Shown here in pieces: positions 56,924 through 64,000 of a stretch of 64,000 nucleotides of DNA. Origin of the DNA: Spirulina sp. (GTDB lineage Bacteria; Cyanobacteriota; Cyanobacteriia; Phormidesmidales; Phormidesmidaceae); the NCBI GenBank assembly GCA_044070495.1, contig JBIPSI010000011.1, forward strand, positions 1 to 64,000, read 5' to 3'. Numbering within the stretch: position 1 is the stretch's first letter; each line of letters begins with the position of its first letter. The notes under the pieces were generated by a model. It saw nothing but the letters and a program-made list of their open reading frames with translations, was not told the DNA's origin and searched no databases. The translations under genes were made by a program, and so were the position numbers.

Positions 56924-57223
56924 TTAGGATTTAATGGCGACAACTTCTTGGCTGAGACGATCACCAATCTCGTCTTCGGCAACATCGAGGTCGTAGTCCA
57001 TCTGCAAGCCCAGCCAAAACCGGGGCGACATGCCAAAATAGCGGGCGAGGCGGAGGGCAGTGTCGGCGGTAATGCGTCGTTTGCCGTGAACAATTTCATT
57101 GATGCGGCGGGCGGGTACTCTCAATGCCAGAGCGATTTGGTTTTGGCTGAGGTTCATGGGCTTGAGAAATTCTTCCAGCAAAATTTCGCCGGGATGTACG
57201 GGTTTGAGCCTTTCGTTATCCAT
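56924..57223 (-). CDS. higA: HigA family antitoxin (orphan)
   Basis: PVHPGEILLEEFLKP...RINEIVHGKRRITADTALRLARYFG...FWLGLQ. Confidence 0.92.
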   Translation of the reverse strand: MDNERLKPVHPGEILLEEFLKPMNLSQNQIALALRVPARRINEIVHGKRRITADTALRLARYFGMSPRFWLGLQMDYDLDVAEDEIGDRLSQEVVAIKS

Positions 57224-57285
57224 TTCGTAGAACTGGAGCCTGATCAGGTCAGGGGGCTGCGGTACCAATGCTCTAGGGGGGCAAC

Positions 57286-57534
57286 CTAGCGGCGAATCCA
57301 TTTGGTGAGGATGCGGAGGGGTTGTCCGGTCGCTGGGTCGATCTGGGGTTTGCTCCAGGCGCGAGGTTCGGCAAAGCCGAGGCGATGCAGATGGGCAATG
57401 ACTAGCTCCATGGCGGCGGCGGTGCCGATCAGCATGACGCGCACGGGTTCGCGGGGGGCAGAGGGTTCGGTGCCAGGGGTGTTGTCCGCAGGGGGCAGGC
57501 TATAAATTTCGCTGTTGGGGATGAATTCTGACAT
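57286..57534 (-). CDS. Small cyanobacterial hypothetical protein divergent from the XRE regulator
   Basis: REPVRVMLIG...IAHLHRLGFAE..AWS.P motif; preceded by a structured leader. Confidence 0.7.
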   Translation of the reverse strand: MSEFIPNSEIYSLPPADNTPGTEPSAPREPVRVMLIGTAAAMELVIAHLHRLGFAEPRAWSKPQIDPATGQPLRILTKWIRR

Positions 57535-57686
57535 GGCGATCAGTGAATAGGGGTGATTGAATGGATCCAGATCCCAGGGTTTTGTAAAGACCCTGGGATC
57601 TTTTGTCGAAAGAATCTCCACGAAGGGTGCGAAACCCTCCGCGAGATGGGAAACTGGGCAAACTAATCAGCAACAAAAGCTATATG

Positions 57687-57722
57687 CCATCGTGACATGT
57701 CATCTTGGCTTAGTCAAGATGG
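57687..57722. promoter_or_regulatory. Overlapping divergent promoters with palindromic operator candidates
   Basis: Plus: GTGACA-N17-CAAGAT; minus: TTGACT-N17-CACGAT; palindromes TGACATGTCA and CATCTTG-N7-CAAGATG. Confidence 0.6.
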
Positions 57723-57749
57723 TTTGTTGTCGTGGCGGAATGTCTCGAC

Positions 57750-57989
57750 ATGCCAGAAAGCAGACCAAAAGAGCCAAAACCAGAGTCAGCCCTGAAGCAA
57801 CTGAGAGATCGCCTGGGCCTGACGCAAGAGGAGTTATCTCGCCGTTGTGGGATACCACTGCGAACCTATGTACGCTGGGAAACGGGGGAAGCTACGCCAA
57901 GACCAACGATTCCGCAGGTGAAGGCGTTGTGTAGGGAGTTGGGGGTTGCGATCGAGCAGTTGCCAGATGAGTTTGGGCCAATACGGTAG
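57750..57989 (+). CDS. XRE-family HTH transcriptional regulator
   Basis: LKQLRDRLGLTQEELSRRCGIPLRTYVRWETG...P...ALCRELGV. Confidence 0.9.
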   Translation: MPESRPKEPKPESALKQLRDRLGLTQEELSRRCGIPLRTYVRWETGEATPRPTIPQVKALCRELGVAIEQLPDEFGPIR

Positions 57990-57995
57990 CCTTCT

Positions 57996-58862
57996 ATGTC
58001 CCAACTAATTCTTATAGAACAGCATTGTTTTTATCTTTGTCACTTGCTTCAAAACTTACCTAATCCGTATCTTTCAAAAGTAATTGAGACAAAAGACAGA
58101 GACCGAGTTCAACTTTCAGATGTGACGGAATGGCTATATTTGGCAGCTAGCGTTAGACGGGTAGAAATTGACACCTCCTACTTTGACGGCAGTGTCATTA
58201 TGTGTAGACCTGCATGGGAATATCAGGTTGCTAGAAGTGAACTTTTGTCTGAGGTTACGACGCATTTGAGCCGGTTTAACTTCGTTTGGGGCGCATTTGA
58301 ATCCTTGGCAAAGTTAATCGAACCACCTAATATACCTAAAAATATCAAGAAAGATGCAAGTGGACTTGTTGATAGGGTTGTGTATTTTCTTAAGATTAAC
58401 TATGAGCCCAAAATGCTTCCACCTTGTTTCTTGGATGTACTCTCTGAATTCACCAACTGTCTTTTGACTGCTAAATTATTTGATGTTTCGGCAGATGAAT
58501 TTAGTGTCAGTTCTTATATGGGATCTTCGGGAATTGGTATCAAGCTGGTTAGTAAGATTAGAAATAAGTTTGCGCATGGCAGTGGAAAATTTCCTGAGCC
58601 GGAGGGTTGGGGAAGCCATTCCTCTTGTGACTCACGATTGATCTTGGCAGCTACTAGGATAGTGCTTCTAAGTATGCAGATTGCTTTGATTGCTTACTTT
58701 CGGAATGTAGATTTTTATGTTGACTGCTTGAAATATGAATTTATGGACGAAAACCTATTTTTTGAAGAAGAAAGTATTCATAGAATTCTACAATGTCTGC
58801 ATCTTTCGGCTATTTCCCAAGTACCAGGCCAACTCTCACTTTTGGATTTGGAATATGAATAA
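57996..58862 (+). CDS. AT-rich hypothetical protein with a HEPN-like RxxxxH motif
   Basis: FVWGAFESLA helix and IRNKFAHG motif. Confidence 0.6.
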   Translation: MSQLILIEQHCFYLCHLLQNLPNPYLSKVIETKDRDRVQLSDVTEWLYLAASVRRVEIDTSYFDGSVIMCRPAWEYQVARSELLSEVTTHLSRFNFVWGAFESLAKLIEPPNIPKNIKKDASGLVDRVVYFLKINYEPKMLPPCFLDVLSEFTNCLLTAKLFDVSADEFSVSSYMGSSGIGIKLVSKIRNKFAHGSGKFPEPEGWGSHSSCDSRLILAATRIVLLSMQIALIAYFRNVDFYVDCLKYEFMDENLFFEEESIHRILQCLHLSAISQVPGQLSLLDLEYE

Positions 58863-58894
58863 TTTAAGCTAGTAAATATTTCAAGAGGTAGAAG

Positions 58895-58971
58895 GTAGGT
58901 TGGGTGAAACGAAGTGTAACCCAACACAAGCACAGGAGCATTGGGTTCTGCTGGCGCGCAACCCAACCTAC
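58895..58971. repeat. REP doublet family C, copy 3 (diverged)
   Basis: GTAGGTTGGGTG...AACCCAAC...TTGGGTT...ACCCAACCTAC. Confidence 0.85.
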
Positions 58972-59042
58972 GCCTGAATCTGATTGCGATAGACTGATAG
59001 CAGCATTCACCTCTCCACATCCACGCAGGAGGTTATCGCTCA

Positions 59043-59276
59043 ATGACCGTCCAAGACCTAGAAGCGCAACTCCTTCAGCTATCCCCCATAGAAAAGCTGC
59101 ACATCATTCAACTGCTGGCTCAAAGCCTAAACGCCGATGTAGTTGAGCAACAGACCGATAGCGATGAAAAGCTGTCTGATTTCTTTCGTCAGTCTCCCCT
59201 GGCAGAAGCCGTTGCCGACAATGGCGTTGACTTAGAGCGCAATCGCCGTTTGCCTGAAGATCGCTTTGTGCCGTGA
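59043..59276 (+). CDS. Putative antitoxin of VapC
   Basis: LSPIEKLHIIQLLAQSL...LSDFFRQSPL...DLER; GTGA overlap with the PIN gene. Confidence 0.7.
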   Translation: MTVQDLEAQLLQLSPIEKLHIIQLLAQSLNADVVEQQTDSDEKLSDFFRQSPLAEAVADNGVDLERNRRLPEDRFVP

Positions 59277-59695
59277 CTTATTTACTGGATACGTGTGTCA
59301 TCTCAGAGTTGGTAGCCAAGCGTCCTAACCCATCCGTTGTGACGTGGATTGATACTCAGCTCCCAACGGATCTTCATTTAAGCGTCATCACCATCGGCGA
59401 AATCGCCAAAGGTACCAGTAAGCTTGCTCCCTCTCGCCGTAAGGATAGCTTGACGACCTGGCTCAATCAAACGCTTCCCAATCGCTTCGGAGAACGTATT
59501 CTAGGCATTGATACGGCCACGATGATGCTGTGGGGAGATATGGTAGGACGCCTGGAGAAGCAGGGAACGCCAATGCCGCTGTTGGACTCTTTGATTGCGG
59601 CCATAGCAATCCAAAACTCTCTCCGGCTCGTGACTCGAAACATTGATGACTTTGCTGCGACAGGGATTGTAATGCTTAACCCTTGGTTAGAGTAA
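59273..59695 (+). CDS. vapC: VapC PIN-domain toxin
   Basis: YLLDTCVISE, SVITIGEI, DSLIAAIA, LVTRNIDDF, NPW. Confidence 0.95.
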   Translation: MTYLLDTCVISELVAKRPNPSVVTWIDTQLPTDLHLSVITIGEIAKGTSKLAPSRRKDSLTTWLNQTLPNRFGERILGIDTATMMLWGDMVGRLEKQGTPMPLLDSLIAAIAIQNSLRLVTRNIDDFAATGIVMLNPWLE

Positions 59696-59756
59696 TTCAC
59701 GGCAAGCGTCGTAGGCAGGGGGTGACCGCCTAGGGTGAGGCTCTAGAATCGCGTGG

Positions 59757-60947
59757 CTAGGGGTTGGCGGGGGATTGCAGCACACCGCTGAGCCAACGCT
59801 GAACCGCCTCCTCTGGGGGAAAGGCCGCATAACGATCCAGGGTGAAGGGGGGAAGACTGACAGGTAAATCGCCCGTTGGGCATTGGCCGGAAGGTTCCGT
59901 TGTGATGGTTTGGGCAGCTACAACTTGTCCCGATTGTGCCGCTACGAGGGTGATCTGCGTGACTCGGTGGTGCCTCGTTACGAACTGATACCGATCATCG
60001 CAGGGATGTGCTTCGGTTTGATGGCCATCAACACACAGCACCAGGGCCACCGCCCCATTGCCAGGGGCTAGGCTGGCGGCAGGAAGATAGCGACCAATGG
60101 GGGCTGTTGTCGATCCCGCACCATAGGAATCGCTAGGGTTGGAGCGATTCGTGGTCTGAGAAACGGTATATTCGGCCTCCGCTGAGAGCGGGAGAAAGCC
60201 GCCCGGTGTGCGCTCGGCCCGTGACTGGGGTGCCGCTTCATCGGGCCGATAGAATGCCATCCCATAGGCGGGTTGTCCATCAGCGGCGGGATAGGGGGCA
60301 GCGGAGGCTAGGGATGCCTGCCCAGGGCGATCACACAGTTGGCCCAGGGCTAGGGTTGAGATGGGCTGGGTGCCATCGGGCAGGGTGGTGGTGTCGTCGG
60401 TGTGGATCGGGTAATGACGAGGCCCCGATTTTCCTTGGAGGAGGTCGGCGTTGGTAAAACGGGCGTTGGTGAGATCCGCGCCGCGCATATCGGTGCGATC
60501 AAAAACGGCCTCGGTCAGATCCGCATTGGTTAGGGTGGCGCGTCTAAGGTCGGTGTCTTCGAGGATGGCACCGCCTAGGTTCGCCCCAGCCAGGTTCGCC
60601 CCAGCCAGGTTCGCCCCATGTAGCCGTGACTGGCTTAGGTTTGCCCCTACTAGGTCAGCCTCGGCTAGGTCATGGCCGCTCAAATCTACTCCCGATAGAT
60701 CACATTCTCGGCAGGATTTTGTATCGAGTAACTGCTGCCGTTGCTGCCGCCGACTAGGAGCGTTGTACCGCATGGCGGGGGTGTTTCGGCCCGCATTAGG
60801 GGATGCAATAGACTCAAATCGGGAATTCTCGGAGGAATGATAGCTCCTGAAGGTAGCCACCAGGATGGCAGAGACCAAAGCTATTCCGCCAACTCCTGCA
60901 ATGATCCAGCGTTTTGATGGGGGCAGATTTGGCGGCATCATCGGCAA
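59757..60947 (-). CDS. Membrane-anchored pentapeptide repeat protein
   Basis: N-terminal TM; CRECDLSGVDLS followed by A(N/D)LxG repeats. Confidence 0.88.
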   Translation of the reverse strand: MPMMPPNLPPSKRWIIAGVGGIALVSAILVATFRSYHSSENSRFESIASPNAGRNTPAMRYNAPSRRQQRQQLLDTKSCRECDLSGVDLSGHDLAEADLVGANLSQSRLHGANLAGANLAGANLGGAILEDTDLRRATLTNADLTEAVFDRTDMRGADLTNARFTNADLLQGKSGPRHYPIHTDDTTTLPDGTQPISTLALGQLCDRPGQASLASAAPYPAADGQPAYGMAFYRPDEAAPQSRAERTPGGFLPLSAEAEYTVSQTTNRSNPSDSYGAGSTTAPIGRYLPAASLAPGNGAVALVLCVDGHQTEAHPCDDRYQFVTRHHRVTQITLVAAQSGQVVAAQTITTEPSGQCPTGDLPVSLPPFTLDRYAAFPPEEAVQRWLSGVLQSPANP

Positions 60948-61097
60948 GGACTACGGCGATGGGAGCAACCCCTAGAATGGGGGCAGCCCCTAGGGCAACG
61001 TTCCTAGACCATAGCCTAGGACATCTCGGCTCGGAGGGGCATCCTACAAAACTTTGTACAGCAGGAATTTTGTACAGCAGGAATTTGGATAGCAGGA

Positions 61098-61592
61098 ATG
61101 ACCATGGTTAGCCGGGGCGATATCTTTCGGTTGGGCCAAGCGACGGATCCGGAGGCCGCCAACCTCTACGTGATGGAAACCACCAGTCAGGCGGGGGATA
61201 TCTATGCCCGACGGTTTGACCCAGAACGAGGGGGCTATGGCGACCTACTGCTGCTGCCTAAGGCCAGCGAATTTCAGGTCTTGGGCCATGTCCAGCGGCG
61301 AAAACCGAGGTCGGGCTGGCGCTATTGCACCGTATACCATCGGGTTGAGTGGCAAGACCAGTGGACGGGAACGGAGTTCTTTGTGGCCGAGGCCGAGGGG
61401 GCGAGGCAGGTGGTTGCCCACTCCCCATCCCGACCTGTGATACGCGGCGATCTGGCCCTACTCCAGGCTAATGATCAGAACCGATCCCTTCACCGAGCAC
61501 TGGTTGACCACCTTGTAGCCCAGGGCTGGCAGCCCGTGCTCAATCGTCGTCCCCATTGGTTTCAGGTCAGCTTCCAGCGTCCCCTCATCTAA
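61098..61592 (+). CDS. Hypothetical protein
   Basis: 164-aa ORF with host-like codon usage; no motif recognised. Confidence 0.55.
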   Translation: MTMVSRGDIFRLGQATDPEAANLYVMETTSQAGDIYARRFDPERGGYGDLLLLPKASEFQVLGHVQRRKPRSGWRYCTVYHRVEWQDQWTGTEFFVAEAEGARQVVAHSPSRPVIRGDLALLQANDQNRSLHRALVDHLVAQGWQPVLNRRPHWFQVSFQRPLI

Positions 61593-61733
61593 CCCTGTGG
61601 CCCTCACCCTAAATCCCTCTCCCAGAGGGAGAGGGACTTTGACCCCTTCTAGCTCCCCTCTCCCCACGGGAGAGGGGCTGGGGGTGAGGGTTGCCAAGGC
61701 ATAGGGCGACTTAGCTTAACTCGAACTGAGGTT
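61591..61733. mobile_element. MITE family D, left-truncated copy
   Basis: Shares the internal hairpins and the right end CTTAACTCGAACTGAGGTT with 41279-41477. Confidence 0.8.
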
Positions 61734-61840
61734 ATCTAGATCGGCAGGACCCCGCGAGATTGCAACCAAGCCGGGGCCAAAGCGATAAAATGCCAAATTG
61801 AGCTAGGCTGTTTTCCTCGTTCCCTAGGGGACGTTTCACG

Positions 61841-63589
61841 ATGGGCGACTTTGACCAACACCACGGGCGGTTTTCGGGACATCGAACGTCCTGGCGACGG
61901 GCGTTACCCCAAAGGCGGCGGCGGTGGCTGGGGGTGGCTAGCGGGGTCGTGGGTGGAATCACGCTTTCCCTAGGACTGGGCTGGGGTAGTGCGATGCAAG
62001 CTGCCCAAAACCCGGTGATTCAGGTGGGCATTGTGCAGCGGTTTGGGGAGGAATTGCAGGATCGCCTGGTGATTGAGGCTCTGCCGGGGGAGCAGTTGAC
62101 CCTGCGCTTTGACACCAACGGCCAAGCCCAAACAGTGACCACCACGAGGGTTGTCCTCGGTCTGACACCGACCCCCCTGCCGGAGGCCACCCTGCAAGAA
62201 CGGGTAGTGCTCAGCAACCATCGCAGCTTTGAAAGTGCCGAATATAGCGCCCACCAATGGCGACAGCGGGGGATTGAGCCAGAAATTGCCCAACCGGGGG
62301 GCTGGGAGATCTGGGCCAACCGCGAAGCCTACGATAGCCCCTTGGTGCGGCGGCTGTTGGTGCAAAACCTCAAGGACAACGGCTTTAACGAGGTGCATCT
62401 GGATAGCCGGGTGCTGGGGCAAATTCCCAAGGCCTACTTTGAGGCCAATGGCTACCGCTACCACCGCGACACCCTGGATCTGCAATCGAGCAGCGGCGTA
62501 ATTCGGGTCATCCAGAGTGGAGATACTCCGGTGAACCGCACCTACGGCGGCACCCTGCGGCTTCAGCCCAACACCTACGGCACCTACACCCTGGTGAATG
62601 CGGTACCCATTGAAACCTATCTGCGCGGCGTGGTGCCCCACGAAATTGGCCCCGGTGCCCCCGTGCCTGCCATCGAGGCCCAGGCGATTTTGGCCCGCAC
62701 CTACGCCCTCCGTAACCTGCGCCGCTTTGAAATTGATGACTACGAACTCTGTGCCGATACCCAATGCCAGGTCTATCGCGGCCTAACGGGCACGGCAGCG
62801 GTGACGGATCGGGCAATTTTGGCCACCAGCGGCCAGGTGCTCACCTACCAAAACGAACTGGTGGATGCCCTCTATTCCTCCACCACGGGCGGCGTTACGG
62901 CCCCCTTCAGCGACGTGTGGAATGGCCCCGACCGCCCCTACCTGCGTTCCGTGGTGGATTCCGCCACCGGAGCCTGGGACCTGACCCAGCGGCCCCTCAA
63001 CAGCGAGGAGAACTTCCGGGCCTTCATCGCCCTAGACCGGGGCTTTAATGAAGAAACCTGGCGGCTATTTCGCTGGAACAACGAAAGCACCCTCACCGAA
63101 CTGGCTGACGAACTGAAAACTTTCCTGGGCCGTCGTCAGCATCCCATGGCCGGATTGAACCAGGTGATCGGGGTGCGGGTGGCGGAACGGGCGGCATCCG
63201 GTCGGGTGCAGGCGTTGGAAATCGAAACCGACATCGGCGTTGTGCGTCTGGAAAAGGACGAAATTGTCCGGGTGTTGATGGCTCCCCGCAGTCTGTTGTT
63301 TTATGTGGAACCCATCTACGACACCGCTACCCAGGAACCCCCCAATGATGCCACCAGTGGAACTTCCCCCTCTGGCCCTGCTCTCACGGGCTATCGTTTT
63401 GTGGGGGGCGGCTGGGGCCACGGGGTCGGCCTCAGCCAAGCTGGATCCTACAATTTAGGTAATCTAGGCTGGAGCCATGGTCGCATCCTCCAGTTTTACT
63501 ACCCCGGCACCACCCTCCAGCCCATCAGCGATGCCCTGGTGTTTTGGCGTGACCCGCTTGTGAGCGCTGGTGCCACCTCCTTCCCCTAG
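61841..63589 (+). CDS. SpoIID/LytB domain protein
   Basis: ETYLRGVVPHE, EAQAILARTYAL, CQVYRG, GGGWGHGVGLSQ...ILQFYYPGT. Confidence 0.92.
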   Translation: MGDFDQHHGRFSGHRTSWRRALPQRRRRWLGVASGVVGGITLSLGLGWGSAMQAAQNPVIQVGIVQRFGEELQDRLVIEALPGEQLTLRFDTNGQAQTVTTTRVVLGLTPTPLPEATLQERVVLSNHRSFESAEYSAHQWRQRGIEPEIAQPGGWEIWANREAYDSPLVRRLLVQNLKDNGFNEVHLDSRVLGQIPKAYFEANGYRYHRDTLDLQSSSGVIRVIQSGDTPVNRTYGGTLRLQPNTYGTYTLVNAVPIETYLRGVVPHEIGPGAPVPAIEAQAILARTYALRNLRRFEIDDYELCADTQCQVYRGLTGTAAVTDRAILATSGQVLTYQNELVDALYSSTTGGVTAPFSDVWNGPDRPYLRSVVDSATGAWDLTQRPLNSEENFRAFIALDRGFNEETWRLFRWNNESTLTELADELKTFLGRRQHPMAGLNQVIGVRVAERAASGRVQALEIETDIGVVRLEKDEIVRVLMAPRSLLFYVEPIYDTATQEPPNDATSGTSPSGPALTGYRFVGGGWGHGVGLSQAGSYNLGNLGWSHGRILQFYYPGTTLQPISDALVFWRDPLVSAGATSFP

Positions 63590-63605
63590 CTTTGATGCCG
63601 CCCCT

Positions 63606-64000
63606 ATGTCCTACGCCTCACCCGACTTCCAGCCAGCGCTAGGCCCAGCACCTAGGGAGTGTGATTCCATGTTTTTGGTTCGCTTTTGGGGAGTTCGCGG
63701 CAATATCCCGGCTCCTGGGCCTGATACCGTGCGCTATGGGGGCAATACGGCCTGTGTGGAGGTGCAGGTGGCGGATCAGCGGCTCATCTTCGATGGCGGC
63801 ACCGGGCTGCGACCCTTGGGGCGTCAGTTGGCGCAGCAAGATCATCCAGTGGAAGCCCATCTCTTTTTTACCCACACCCACTGGGATCGGATCCAGGGGT
63901 TTCCGTTTTTCCACCCCGCCTTCAACCCCCAAAACCAGTTGCACATCTACGGAGCCGCCGCCATCAATGGGGCCTCCATCAAACAGCGCCTCACCGATCA
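63606..64000 (+). CDS. MBL-fold metallo-hydrolase (partial, runs off the window)
   Basis: VRFWGVRGNIP.PG...YGGNTACVEV...FDGGTG...THTHWDRIQGFPFF. Confidence 0.88.
   Translation, partial: MSYASPDFQPALGPAPRECDSMFLVRFWGVRGNIPAPGPDTVRYGGNTACVEVQVADQRLIFDGGTGLRPLGRQLAQQDHPVEAHLFFTHTHWDRIQGFPFFHPAFNPQNQLHIYGAAAINGASIKQRLTD

Noticed and set aside
57601..57680. c-di-GMP-I riboswitch (GCGAAACC/GGCAAAC look-alikes)
   Set aside because: Motif order and pairing do not fit the consensus I know; kept only as a generic structured leader.
61970..62764. 264-aa minus-strand ORF
   Set aside because: Antisense shadow of SpoIID/LytB.

Overview
Cyanobacterial chromosomal DNA (Leptolyngbya/Nodosilinea-like by gene content: hli, ccsB, Tab2, ycf35, cruE-like, pentapeptide protein). 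A GC-rich housekeeping backbone (rps1-like, glgX, cydAB, argF, ttcA, KirBac, polar amino-acid ABC, 5-oxoprolinase, sdhB, MATE, leuB, SpoIID/LytB, a 2204-aa PAS/GAF-GGDEF-EAL protein) is interrupted by AT-richer accessory patches. (1) 1-4.7 kb: two methyltransferases, an IS remnant, and a coupled pair of an HsdR_N-type nuclease-ParA fusion with a ParB-like/Rho_N protein. This pair is the best candidate for an undescribed system. (2) 9-12.6 kb: a TA pair and a nest of MITE/REP elements. (3) 19.6-24.9 kb: a defence cluster with MNT-HEPN, an MmeI-like RM gene with an AT-rich specificity region, and a TA array flanked by a diverged 53-bp direct repeat. (4) 55.2-59.7 kb: a secreted B-lectin protein, orphan HigA, an XRE switch with overlapping divergent promoters, a HEPN-like ORF and VapBC. 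Other observations: several repeat/MITE families with target duplications, in-frame repeat insertions in oxoprolinase, a probable ACG start, an unannotated hli gene with an HLR1 box, a candidate sRNA, and no HIP1 octamer seen by eye. No rRNA, tRNA or CRISPR array was seen. All family calls come from motif recognition, not database searches.
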